A stretch of DNA of 49,420 nucleotides from Octopus bimaculoides. Taxonomy: Eukaryota. The notes under the pieces were generated by a model. It made no database searches, was not told where the DNA came from, and saw only the letters and a program-made list of their open reading frames with translations. This document shows positions 1 through 12,382 of the stretch, one piece after another (the stretch's first letter is position 1; every line of letters starts with the position of its first letter). The stretch lies in contig NC_068987.1 of assembly GCF_001194135.2 (NCBI RefSeq), forward strand, positions 82,440,161 through 82,489,580. Reading direction: 5' to 3'. The translations under genes were made by a program, and so were the position numbers.

Positions 1-868
1 CATAATTCGTACTGAAGATTTACCTAGTGTGTGTGTGTGTGTGTGGAAGCATGTTATTCTATGGCATTTTTTCGTTTGAAGCAGCAAAGTTTTCAACTCG
101 ATCATATGGTCGATCATATGACTCTTAGTTCATTTCCGTAATTTTTTTTTTCTTTATGCTTTGAAGAGAGCAGAAATTGAAAGGAGAAAGTGAAAAGGCA
201 ATATTGCTTTGAAGTGAGAGCAGAAAGTGAAAGATGTATGTACATGCATATGAAATGGACGTGTGTGCGTGTGCGTGTGAGAGACAGTAAGTGAGTGAGT
301 GAGTGAGCGAGTGAATGAGTAAGTGAGTGAATGAGTGAGTGAGCGAGTGAGTGAAGGTGTGTGTTGTCATGTATGTATTCTTTTTGCATGTATGTGTAAG
401 TAGCACTCAATCGCTCTCTCTCTCTCACTCTCACACTCATCATCTTTCACATACACGTACATAAATATATATGCATACATCTTTTTTGTATGTATGTGTG
501 CATGTGCATGTGAGAGAGAGAGGGAGAGACTGTATTTCCTCATAACGTATAGAGAAACGGATGTCGTTTAATGAGTGACTAATTCGGAGAGACATTACGT
601 TTATTATTCACACATCGTCACTCTCGTAATGCAACACATCATAATTTTGGTTCAAATTGAAAGTGTGAAACTATTTCCACTGTCTTATGAAACTTGATCG
701 TTATAGAGCAGTGTCTTTCAAATAACTATAGCTGGTTGTTGAGATAACGTAGAAAATATGTAAATGATAATAAAGTTTATTTGGTAGCCGAAAGATTACT
801 GAATCTTTTGAACCCCATACGTCAAAATCAGCAACTCAGTTTTCAAATGCATAAGGAACATACACACG

Positions 869-911
<43 letters not shown>

Positions 912-1589
912 ACACACACACACGCACCCGCACGCACGCACACACACAAACACACAAACTCTTTCTCTCTCTCATATATATATATNNNNNNNNNNNNNNN
1001 NNNNNNNNNNNNNNNNNNNNNNNNNNNNNNNNNNNNNNNNNNNNNNNNNNNNNNNNNNNNNNNNNNNNNNNNNNNNNNNNNNNNNNNNNNNNNNNNNNNN
1101 NNNNNNNNNNNNNNNNNNNNNNNNNNNNNNNNNNNNNNNNNNNNNNNNNNNNNNNNNNNNNNNNNNNNNNNNNNNNNNNNNNNNNNNNNNNNNNNNNNNN
1201 NNNNNNNNNNNNNNNNNNNNNNNNNNNNNNNNNNNNNNNNNNNNNNNNNNNNNNNNNNNNNNNNCATATATATATATGACAGGCTTCCACTTAGTTTACG
1301 TCAACCAAATTCGCTCACACGGCAATAGGACTGAATCTGAAACCACGTGACTACAAAGCGAGATTCTTTACCGCATAGACATGACTACGTCTGCATTTTT
1401 ATTTATTTATTTACTCATTCGTGTACGATGTTCTATAGCTAAAGAAAGAAGTCAAATAATTTTTCATACATCACACTACACAGGTCGCCATTGTTTTCAA
1501 CTGAGATTCTACACGCCACCATTTTCGTCAAAGATTTATTTGTAAAACACTTTCAGGGTTTTTTTTTTGTTTCTTTTACAAATTATCTG

Positions 1590-1800
1590 TTGTTTGTCCC
1601 AGGGCAAGCCTGAGTCATCAGTCCTATGATCAAAGACGCTCCAATCCTGACCTCACAGTCGTTTAAAAGTTATTTAGAAATACGTTATCTAATGTTGTCT
1701 TTTCCACTTTAAATATGGTGGCGAGTGTTTTGGGAAAGATTTGTCTGCTATTTCTAGCGGGCTAACGACCACCTAATTGCGCTCTCGTAGACTCGCAGTT
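1590..1800 (+). repeat. Old ~200-bp interspersed repeat; related copies at ~3625-3820 and ~28845-29035
   Basis: The three copies share collinear motifs (atcaaaggcattcc..., gatttggttgctatttctagc..., accacgtagagtctcc) at low identity. Confidence 0.5.
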
Positions 1801-2499
1801 TTTCTTTAAATTATAAGTAATAGACAAATAAACATTCAAATCCCAAAGGTTCAATGATTTTGATGTTATTCGTTTAGTTTTAGAATCAAATCAATAAATT
1901 AATATCTAACACGAATTGTACTTTGAAATAAAATATACAACTGAAATACTCATATACACTCACTACTTACTTTTCTATCTTTGACCGCATTATTTAGAGC
2001 GATGTTTGTATACGAAATGTCGTTACTTTCAGTGCTGGCTCTAAATTCTATAGAATATCTTCTGAGATGACTGAAAAGTGGTACACACACACGCGCGCGC
2101 ATGCACACACATACAAATATACATAGATACACATATATAACAACAACAAGAATCTAGAATATCGCATCTTTATTTGATGATTATACCACACAGAACCGAC
2201 GATCAATTCTATTGTGCCAGGATATTTCGATATAGAAAAAGGTTAAAAATATATCAATCAGTCCAGTATATCCGAAATCTATAGTAAGACTATAGTATGA
2301 AGGTGACCCATAACAGCTTCAATATAAAGCGAACTGATATAAGAGCCATAATACAAGAACGCAGACAAAACTAGCATTAAGAAGAAATATCATGGTCTAA
2401 GAAAAGCCAGTTTTGTATTAAAACTTACGAAGACGTCGGCAGACAACTAAAGAATAAAAAAATAAACTTAGAAATGCTACATCAAAGCATTTAGTTATT

Positions 2500-3150
2500 T
2501 AGCTATTTATGTATGCTACAAAAATCTTTAAAAACTTGCTTATTAGATTATAGGAAAAGTAAATATAATGAAGATATTATTTACTATTGAAATATTTAAA
2601 TGTTTTTCTATATTTATGAGACATTGCAACGGAAGATTGGTTCTAGAATTTAATAGCCCTAATTTTGAAGTAACTATATAATATATTTCCTAATGATAAA
2701 GATCACATTCGAAATTACCGGTACTGTACGATGGAGCATAGCTTATAATAAACTGCTTCCTGTTTTTCAACTCTTAAATACATTTACTAAGATTCGTAGA
2801 ATTACCTTTACTCCTGAACTTAAATGAAGAAGAATGTTATGTAATCTAAATTTCCAAATAGCAGCAGAAGAAGCTATGCAATAATACGAATGATCCCCAC
2901 CAATTACCATACATTGATATACTATATTCTTTCTTAAACACTGATTTTCTAAAGGACATGTAACTCTATTTTTGAAATTACAAAGGCGGTTATTCACTCC
3001 TACGTGGCCTTCCTGATTAAAGGAACTAATACTAATTCTACTTCTAGAATTAGGTGCTGAAACAGATTATTAGCAGTATTATGATCAATATCGTTATTAT
3101 ATTTTATCGTAAAGACATTATCAATCACTGTTGGAATTACTTTCGCCCAA
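2500..3150 (-). mobile_element. Penelope-like element remnant, GIY-YIG endonuclease region (degraded)
   Basis: Minus-strand translation gives CNFKNRVTCPLENQCLRKNIVYQCMVIGGDHSYYCIASS, matching the PLE C-x-C...CP...C zinc motif followed by a IVY...Y(I)G-type GIY-YIG. Downstream YAPSYSTGNFECDL resembles the PLE C-terminus. Frameshifts and stops present; boundaries approximate. Confidence 0.8.
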
Positions 3151-3292
3151 AGTATCAAACAGATACACACACACACGCACGCACGCACCCTTAACCACTA
3201 CACCATATGCCCACAGGCATATGGCGTAGTGGTTAAGAGCGCGGGCTACTAACCCCAAGATTCCGAGTTCGATTCAAAGCAGTGACCTGAAC

Positions 3293-3293
<1 letters not shown>

Positions 3294-3366
<73 letters not shown>

Positions 3367-3390
3367 TAATAATAATAATAATAATAATAA
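3294..3390. repeat. (AAT)n microsatellite
   Basis: Direct reading. Confidence 0.98.
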
Positions 3391-3439
3391 CATCGAAAAA
3401 TACGTTAGGAATGAGAACTCAGGTTCGAAATTTCCCCAA

Positions 3440-3485
3440 GACACCTGAAGAAAGCTGGAGGGTATATCAGCCGAAACGTTGTGTT
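3440..3485 (+). ncRNA. Candidate minimal type I hammerhead ribozyme
   Basis: Helix I GACAC(3440-44)/GTGTT(3481-85); core CTGAAGA 3445-51; helix II GCTG/CAGC around a 10-nt loop; GAAAC 3473-77 followed directly by GTT, giving a palindromic AACGTT helix III. Confidence 0.6.
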
Positions 3486-4331
3486 AACAACAAACAAGAT
3501 GAGGACAAATATACGTCGAATGTAAATAATGTAAATAATGTACATAATTCCTCATCTCTTAAATATAGAACTGTAAAATATTTGTTAATCGCTTATGGTG
3601 AAAGCTGTCTATTTTATCAAATGAGTGTTTAGCACCAGGTCAGCCTTGATCAAGCAGATCTATTATCAAAGGCATTCCACCCGTGACCATCCCATTTTTA
3701 TAATGATAACTAGGGCTGTCATTGTCTAAAGTATCCTTCCATTTTTTAAACGGTTGGATCATATTTGAGTGAGATTTGGTTGTTGTTTCTCTCAGCTCTA
3801 GAGATCACAGAGTGTCTCCCACCATTAGCTCGTTATCAAATTTGTAGTTACTTTAAATCAGCGTAAAACCTACACTTGAAGAAAATAGTGTAAAATGAGT
3901 CCAATTATAACTTAGTCCAATTAAAATTAGTCCAATTATAACTTTTCTGAATAATAATTAGTGTGATTTCATTGCTAGTCAGCTCATTAGTTTCACAGAC
4001 ACGTAACTTATTTATTTATTTATTTGTTTGTTTATGCATTGATTCATTCATTCAGTCATTCATTTATTAATTACACAAATGAACTGATCACAGGTGTTGT
4101 GCATGTCCATGATCAAAATATCTTTTATATTAGCAAATAAAGGAGTTTATATGAGGTTAATTAAATCTCCTTCAAAACACACCTTTAAAATAAGAAAGTA
4201 CATATTTAGGCGCAAGCGTCGTCGCTCAGTCCCACTGCGTGGCTCCTTGGGCAAGCGTCTTCATATACAACCTCGGGCTAACCAAAGCCTTGTGAGTGGA
4301 TTTGGTAGACAGAAACTAAAACAATTGCTTC

Positions 4332-4382
<51 letters not shown>

Positions 4383-4599
4383 CGTCGTGCATACGTGCGT
4401 GTGTGTGTGTGCGTGCGCATGTATGTGCATGCGAGTATGTGCGCGTGTGTCTGTGTATTTACTTGTCGTTCCAAAAAGTACTGTCACCAAAACAGACCAA
4501 ACGTGCAATGAGCCGTGCAAAAGCATCAGCATCTAAACAGCTGCGCCCAATTGTCTCATTCCGTAGGAAGATAGTGAGACAGATTCCATGTAGAGGAGC

Positions 4600-4715
4600 A
4601 CCGCCTTTAGTCGAACAAATCGAACTCAGAATTTATTCTTTGTAAGAAGTTTCGGGGACGTAAATACACTAACATCGGTTGTCAAGTGATGGTGGGGAGA
4701 CAAACACAGACGCAG

Positions 4716-4750
<35 letters not shown>

Positions 4751-4895
4751 TACACACACACAAACACACACACACACATACACACACACACACATATATA
4801 TACAACGGGATTCCTTCAGTTTCCGTCTTCCAAATCCACTCACAAGGGTTTGGTGGGCCTAAGGCTATAGTAGAAGGCACTTGCCCAAGTTGCCT
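4600..4895 (-). mobile_element. SINE family B, partial, with internal (CA)n
   Basis: Matches other copies: ccttgggcaagtgccttctactatagcc, gtgagtggatttgg, tail gactaaaggcggtgctcc. Further partial copies at 1278-1390(-), 4225-4330(+) and 7310-7420(-). Confidence 0.8.
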
Positions 4896-4929
4896 TAATT
4901 TTTGTCTTTAAAAGTCTTAGCGATTGCAA

Positions 4930-5240
4930 ATGAGTATCTATGGCACGTGACCTTGCAGTTAAGCGGACTGCACTCACGATCTGGAGATTGTGGTTTCGAT
5001 TCTCAGACGTTGCACGTTGTGTTCTCGTGCAAAACATTTTACTTAACGTTGCTTCAGTCCACTTAGCTGTAAACGGTTAAACATACAACGGGCTAGCCTG
5101 CTTTGTGATCAAGGGGAATGTCGAATTGCTCGTCTAATCAGCAGAGTGGCATCATTCGAAAGCTAAAACAAAACGATGTAAAGCGCATTGTGACCAGCGA
5201 TGTCTAACAACATCTGATAGTCTGGTCGATCACGTGATCT
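4930..5240 (+). mobile_element. SINE family C-like, degraded
   Basis: Degenerate tRNA-like head (gtggtttcgattctcaga), then gtgttctcgtgcaaaacattttacttaacgttgcttcagtccacttagctg as in the copy at 17591. Confidence 0.55.
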
Positions 5241-6250
5241 ATGGTTATAACAGTGAGCTAGAATGACAGAATCTTTGGAGTGTCAAACTGCTGTGTTACT
5301 TTAAACCCTAATTTTAAATTCGCAACTAGAATGGTTTAGAAATATTAAATTCGATCCAGGACCACAGTTCTTTACTTTTATTTTATTTTATCGATCCTAG
5401 AAAGAAAAAAACACAAAGCTAACCTCAGCGAAATTTGAACTCAGAATGCAACGATTTTGACAATAGTGTTCATGAAATTTATCCGACAAGATGACGGCAG
5501 TTCCATTATGTGTGTGTTTATGTGTAAGAGATACGTCTTTTGAAACACGTCAAATTTGATCGTATTCATTTTTATTCGACGCCTCAATATTGCTAATAAG
5601 TATTATATTTGAAAACAATGACAAATGTTGCTGGGGGAAAAGCGCTAACAAAACCTCAATTAAACTATCAGATATTGCCATTTTTCTCTTAGCGACCTGA
5701 CATTCACAGAAATCAAGGCAGTAACATGGCTCTCAATTGCCTTTTTTTTTATGAGCCGGAGATGGCCAATACTCTTTAACCGTCTTTTCATCAAAGAATG
5801 TATTGAGAATTATTTCATCGCTCTGACAGCTTCATTATTTAACGTCTTTCACGTCACCTAAGAGAAATTTCTAGTTTATTATAGCAGAATTTCCAGTGGC
5901 AGCAAGCATCTTAATTAAACATTTTCATTGAATACGAGAAAAAGGAAAGGGGTAAAGAAAAAAAAAATAATAAAAGCAAAGAACAAGGACAAATAAAAAC
6001 AAACAAAAATCTAATTGAATAGTTCACCGATTTCTTATTTTGCCTTACTATAAAATACGACACTATTTTGTTAAGGGAAGCAATAAAGCTTGTTAAATAG
6101 CTCTGGTTAATCACCGGTATATGCATTTTTCTTTCTAAAAGATGAAATGCAATGCCTGCCTCTTGATAAATTCGCTGTAGATGCAAAATAGTAAAGTTGG
6201 CAAGTCCTAAGGCTGATATTCTCTTCGCTGTTGTGCTCCGATCACAATTG

Positions 6251-6320
<70 letters not shown>

Positions 6321-6498
6321 TAATAGTTTTGACTAAATATGAGCCTAGGCAAAAGAAATGTACACGAATTAGATTGCCTCAACGATCTCTCATATAACGA
6401 CCGTAGTCAAGTTGTAGTCAACATACCTATTGTAATGATCGTTTCCCCACTCTCGCTGCACCAACTTTTTCAGTTAGAATAACACTAGTAGTGAAGCT

Positions 6499-6530
<32 letters not shown>

Positions 6531-6725
6531 CAAAGAATATATATACATGTATACACACATATATGTACATACTTACATCTACATGTGTATATACATGCAT
6601 ATCAGGGTACAGGACGTTAGAACAATAAACTACAGACAACGGAACGAACACATAGGAAAACGGAAAGCCCCTTGGAATATCCCTTCATCAGCTGTCTCTA
6701 TTCTATCTAGACGTTTCGAAGACCA

Positions 6726-6792
<67 letters not shown>

Positions 6793-6858
6793 TATTTGTA
6801 TATATATATATATATATACATATATATGTATACACACATATGCACTCACACGCACACG

Positions 6859-6901
<43 letters not shown>

Positions 6902-7429
6902 CAGCAGCAGTAGCAGTAGCAGCGGGATGTGAAACTGCGTTTGGCATGTATAAACACTTAAGTTTTGTGTCACCAGCATGAAGACAAAATAAATGAATAA
7001 ATAAATAATTATAAACAGTTACGCGACGAGGGAGAATCAATATTAATCAACGATCCACCATTTTAAAAAGTATTCTGATTATGAAGTCGGTTTTGCTTTT
7101 CGAGATAAAATAAGAAGCATTTAATTACTGAGGTCGTTGTAATTGAATACACTCAATTCTCTTATTTTTCATTGAATTGGTCTTGGATTTTGCTGACTCT
7201 CCAAAACCTGTGAGATGGTCATGGCTAATAATGTTTCTCTTGAAGAGTTGCGTGTTGAAAGTTACAGGGAAAAAAAAACAAAAAAAAAACAGACATGTGC
7301 AGGTTACTCTTTTACTTGTTTCAGTCATTTGACTGTGGCCATGCTGGAACACCGCCTTTAGTCGAACAAATTGACCCCAGGACTTATTCTTTGTAAGCAA
7401 GCTACTTACCACACAGTCACTCCTGCTTA

Positions 7430-7735
7430 AATTGAAGAATGGCGTTATTTTACTGATACGTATCTTTATGTTGTTGAAAGAAACAAGATTGGTATGACTC
7501 CGAAGAAGATGTCTCCGAGGCCCTCTCTGTCCATGTAATTAGAATAGATTTCGCATGAAGTGTCTAGGTTGCATGTTGCCAACATTTGGGGACAAGAGAC
7601 CGGGGGAGAGTGAAGGGTGATATCATTGGGGTAGGAGTGAGTGTTTTTGGATATTATGGCAAGTAGGTCTTTGATGTGAATGAGGAAGAGTATTAGGAGG
7701 AAAAATAATCAACCCTGGGGCACACAAATATTACA
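7430..7735 (-). mobile_element. Non-LTR RT fragment (CR1/Jockey-like), dead
   Basis: Minus strand reads VPQG...LILFLIHIKDLLAIISKNTHSYPNDITLH, a degraded GVPQGSVL.P.LF.IYINDL...YADD, followed by a decayed NLVSFN motif. Confidence 0.7.
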
Positions 7736-7754
7736 TAATTTGTATTATGCCAAT

Positions 7755-7968
7755 ATTGGTTTCAAGTCTTGGCACATGGTCAGCAATTTCGGGTAAAGCG
7801 TACGTCGATTATATCGACCTCAGTGCTCAACTGGTACTTCATTTATCGACGCCGAAAGGATGAAAGGTAAAATCGACCTCGGTGGAATTTGAACTCAGAA
7901 CGTGAAGGCAAATGAAATACCGTTAAGCATTTTGCCAGCGTGCAAACGATTCTGCTAGCTCACCGCCT
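7755..7968 (-). mobile_element. SINE family A, ccaaaatttgaaaccaata tail type
   Basis: Reverse complement of ggcggtgagctagcagaatcgtt...gagttcaaattcc...ctttcatcctttcggcgtcgataaatgaagtaccag. Confidence 0.85.
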
Positions 7969-8564
7969 TCAATATTATACAAATATAACATATAATAGTG
8001 TATATTATTAGTTAGTTGTCACCTTGGTAGAAAGAGACAAAACGAACAGGCAGAACATAGGAGACGTTAAATGCAGGTGGTGGGGGGAATGATCAAAATA
8101 TTGAGAAACAGGTGTAGAGAGAGATTTTTGCAATGGCTGAAGTAGCGTGTTTTGATCAGAATGGAAGTGCAAATTTTTATCGTAATATTGGCGAGATATA
8201 TATTTTCACTTATTATTATAGTTTATGTTCAAAAGGGAAGAAAGAAAAAGATAAATAGTGGGGGGAAAAAAGCACGTTACGTGTTGATTCTAAATGATAG
8301 GAGTTCACAACACTAAATTTCATAGTTTATATTCAAAGCGAAAGACAAAAATAAAAAAAAATAGAGAACTGGAAACAAAACACACTTAGTATCCGTATTG
8401 ATTTTACGTAATGGAAGTTCACACACACACACAAACGCTGGTAGAATCACTCACTCACTCACTCACTCACTCACTCACTTTCACAGACAGAAATGCACAA
8501 GCTTTCCGTCTCTCTCATTCTCTTTTTCTCTTTCTCTCTCTCTCTCTTTCTCTCTCTCTGTCTT

Positions 8565-8604
<40 letters not shown>

Positions 8605-9041
8605 NNNNNNNNNNNNNNNNNNNNNNNNNNNNNNNNNNNNNNNNNNNNNNNNNNNNNNNNNNNNNNNNNNNNNNNNNNNNNNNNNNNNNNNNNNNNNNNN
8701 NNNNNNNNNNNNNNNNNNNNNNNNNNNNNNNNNNNNNNNNNNNNNNNNNNNNNNNNNNNNNNNNNNNNNNNNNNNNNNNNNNNNNNNNNNNNNNNNNNNN
8801 NNNNNNNNNNNNNNNNNNNNNNNNNNNNNNNNNNNNNNNNNNNNNNNNNNNNNNNNNNNNNNNNNNNNNNNNNNNNNNNNNNNNNNNNNNNNNNNNNNNN
8901 NNNNNNNNNNNNNNNNNNNNNNNNNNNNNNNNNNNNNNNNNNNNNNNNNNNNNNNNNNNNNNNNNNNNNNNNNNNNNNNNNNNNNNNNNNNNNNNNNNNN
9001 NNNNNNNNNNNNNNNNNNNNNNNNNNNNNNNNNNNNNNNNN

Positions 9042-9074
<33 letters not shown>

Positions 9075-9075
9075 G

Positions 9076-9112
<37 letters not shown>

Positions 9113-9278
9113 TATATATTATCATGTATTCAAGATTTATTTTGAAAAGAAAAAAAATTATTTAATTTCTCGTATATATTTTGTTTTAGAAATTGTTTGC
9201 GAAAGAAACGCAATTAATATTTAATCACGCACAGGAACACACACACACACACATGTATGCATGTATGTATGTCCACAT

Positions 9279-9334
<56 letters not shown>

Positions 9335-9568
9335 GTATTTGTATGTACGTACTATGTATGTGTTAAAAGATTTGTAATGAAAAGTTTCACGGACTTAAAA
9401 AATAACATCACATTTACGATTTAATTTAATTCTTTTTTTTTTCTGTTAAACACAAACTGCAAAGTTTTTAGATAAGAAATTATCAACGGCTTCTGCTTTT
9501 TAATGGTTATGCTACTTTCCATTGATAATAAAATTACCGGAATTTTTTTGCGACGTGTCTGTCTATGT

Positions 9569-9649
<81 letters not shown>

Positions 9650-9652
<3 letters not shown>

Positions 9653-10030
9653 CTTTTACTTGTTTCAGTCATTAGACTGCGACCATGCTGGGGCACCGCC
9701 TTGAAGAATTTCAATCGAACGAATTAACCCCAGTATTTATTTTTTTTTAATAGCTTGATATTTTTTGTATCGAACCCTTTTGCCGAACTGTTAAATTACG
9801 AGGACATAAACACATCAACACTGGTTAGCAAGTAATGGTGGTGAACAAGTACGCACACACATATATAAAATGCGATGGGCTTCTTTCAGTTTCCGCCTAC
9901 CAATTCCACTCACAAAACTTTGGTCAACTCGAGGCTGCATTAGAAAACACTTGCCCAAGGTACCACGTAGTAGGACTGAACCTGGAACCATGTGGTTGAG
10001 AAGCAAACTTCTTACCACATAGCCATGCCC
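9650..10030 (-). mobile_element. SINE family B, near full length
   Basis: tRNA-like head (ggcatggctatgtggtaagaag...ggttccaggttcagtcc), core ggtaccttgggcaagtg, tail ggcggtgccccagcatggtcgcagtc...gaaacaagtaaaag. Confidence 0.85.
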
Positions 10031-10034
10031 CACC

Positions 10035-10077
<43 letters not shown>

Positions 10078-10989
10078 CACATATATACATATATACATAT
10101 ATATATGTATGTATGTATATATGTAGGTAGGTAGGTAGGTAGGTAGGTAGGTTGGTTGGTTGGTTGGTTGGTAGGTGGAAAGGCAAAAACACAAGTCAGC
10201 TTAATGTATATATTTATACTGAATACAAAATACAGATTATGGATTAAAGGAACTAAGTAAACGAAAGGTGTGATGAAATAATCTTATGTTCGCAGCTGTT
10301 TCGGTAGCGCTATGGTCTGTGCCGTAACGACGTTCACACGCATGGAATATATATATGACATGTGTATGTAATAGCATAAAATCCAATGGCTTTGTTTGGC
10401 GGAAGTCTGGTCACCGTCATCAGAAGAGAAAATAGCAAATGCGTATTTCATAGCAGTGTTTACAATGTATAAAGTTTTATGGAGAAGAGAATGGGTTAGT
10501 AAGGGAAATGTTCGAGGAAAGAGAAGGTATAGATAGAGAAGTGGTGGTGGAGTGATTAAAGAGGAATTAATGTTATGAAAATTAGGTGACGAAAACAGAA
10601 GAGAGGATAGATAAAGTCTATTGTGATAGCATGACAGGTGGAGGGTGGTCTTCAAAAATATAAGGAATAGCAGGGAGACCATGAATAGTAAACGCCAGTA
10701 CAGGCATAGTAAGTTGTAAAGGAAGACAGCTGCAACTCAATGACATAGTAGGGAATATGTATATATATCTTCAGTGAATCGTCATTTAATGTCGTTGATA
10801 GATTCTTGAGAAGTGAAACGGCGTAAAGCGAATCCTATTTCATAAAGTGTTCAATAAGAGAGTCAAAGTTTACATTCTTGCAATGTATTCCTACGGCATA
10901 TTCTCAATCACAAATGTATTAAGAAACTTCTAAATATGGACTTAAAACACTTCTGGTATTAAACGATGAAATATGAGTGTATATGTGTG

Positions 10990-11036
10990 TGTGTGTTGCG
11001 CGCGCGCTCTTTCTCTCTATATATATATACATATAT

Positions 11037-11115
<79 letters not shown>

Positions 11116-11215
11116 TATATATATATATGAATATATATATAAATACACACACACACACAAACACACATATACATATATATATATGAATATATATATATAT
11201 ATGTATACATGTATG

Positions 11216-11282
<67 letters not shown>
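10990..11282. repeat. Compound (TA)n/(CA)n microsatellite block
   Basis: Direct reading. Similar blocks at 6500-6900, 18000-18300, 29185-29500 and 34700-35750. Confidence 0.95.
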
Positions 11283-11284
<2 letters not shown>

Positions 11285-11559
11285 TCATTTGCAGAAACCG
11301 TCTCCTTCATCAGGGAAAAAGTGGTAGAAATGCATTCACCTCGTTGCCAAGGTACGAGGTAACTGGAAGATTTTATGGAAGAATGGCTACATTTATGCAA
11401 ATGGTGGAAGTCTATGTGAGGACCGATGGGGATAAAAGCTACACTACTTAATATCTTTATTAAAATTTATATTGGCAATATCGTGTTATAGGCAATATTG
11501 TCTTAAGTTGTGCGGCGTAACTTAGTAAGGCTATCGTTGAGTACGTTTGGATTTTAAAA

Positions 11560-12290
11560 ATCACATGAACGTTGAGTAACAGCTATGGTTATACGAATGA
11601 ATAGCATCGGAAAACTTATTTAATACGGTAGAATTATACAGGCGGAGGATAGTATGATTCTTTTATGCACGTTCTGCATCTGGCCATTGTCGTGTTGTAT
11701 GGGGGTGACCTCATCTATAATAGACCAAGATAATGTGCAATTGATGTTCTGTAATTCTAAATCATGTATGTATCTAGCTAGTGCCGTTGAGTTTATATTT
11801 TAGTTTACTAAAGGAATGTAAACGGGTTCGATATCGTCTCTTAAAATCTATACTGCTTCCTATGTATACCCTTATCTGATGTTTGCCATTTTCCACACTG
11901 TATTTATAAATTATATCTTTTCGTAAACAAAATTCATCGAGCGGACATAATTCGAGGACCTTACAGTTACAAGTATTTCCAGTCCTATCCTTAATTTTAC
12001 TCAGATTTATTAAGGTTGTGTCGTGTTGGCCGAGGTTTAGTTGGGTTGATTACTTTTAGATTTAGATAGACTTTTGTTTTATTAATTTTATTTGGACTTA
12101 TATGGTGCACCTTATGGTGATCTAAGCTTTTAATCATTTGAAGTTGGAGTTTATTTCTATTTGTGGATGCAATTATAGATCCCAAATTCGGTGTGGCAGA
12201 ATAAGAGAACTTTATAGTGTTAAATATGGGGTAATATCTGTGGTGCTTAGGAAAATTTTGTTTAATCTTATGCAAATTATCTAAGCCATA
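11560..12290 (-). mobile_element. Penelope-like element remnant: RT C-terminal linker + GIY-YIG endonuclease
   Basis: NFPKHHRYYPIFNTIKFSYSATPNLGSIIASTN, then (frameshifted) TCNCKVLELCPLDEFCLRKDIIYKYSVENGKHQIRVYIGSSIDFKRRYRTRLHSF with a clear IIY...YIG motif. Confidence 0.9.
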
Positions 12291-12382
12291 GGAGGCACAA
12301 GGCTTAGTGGTTTTTAATATTTATATATTTTTATATTTTTACATGTATTTTTATATGTATTTTTAATATATCAATGTCTAAG

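Larger units (their letters stand above)
3216..3572 (+). mobile_element. tRNA-headed retroposon: head + (AAT)n + 3' module with hammerhead core
   Basis: A-box TGGCGTAGTGG and B-box GAGTTCGATTC at 3216-3275, (AAT)n at 3294-3390, then a unique 3' module containing CTGAAGA...GAAAC. Confidence 0.65.

Noticed and set aside
114-1350. ORFs rich in HT/CV/YI/SL dipeptides or X runs, here and throughout the track
   Set aside because: They are translations of (CA)n/(TA)n/(CT)n microsatellites and N-gaps, not genes.
3216-3290. Possible tRNA gene (also 17591-17660)
   Set aside because: A and B boxes are present but there is no closing acceptor stem, and the sequence continues into repeat bodies; these are SINE heads.
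10390-10430. Minus-strand CTGATGA-cgg...ccg hammerhead-like core
   Set aside because: GAAA is replaced by ccaaac, with no cleavage triplet or helix I partner; too decayed to call.
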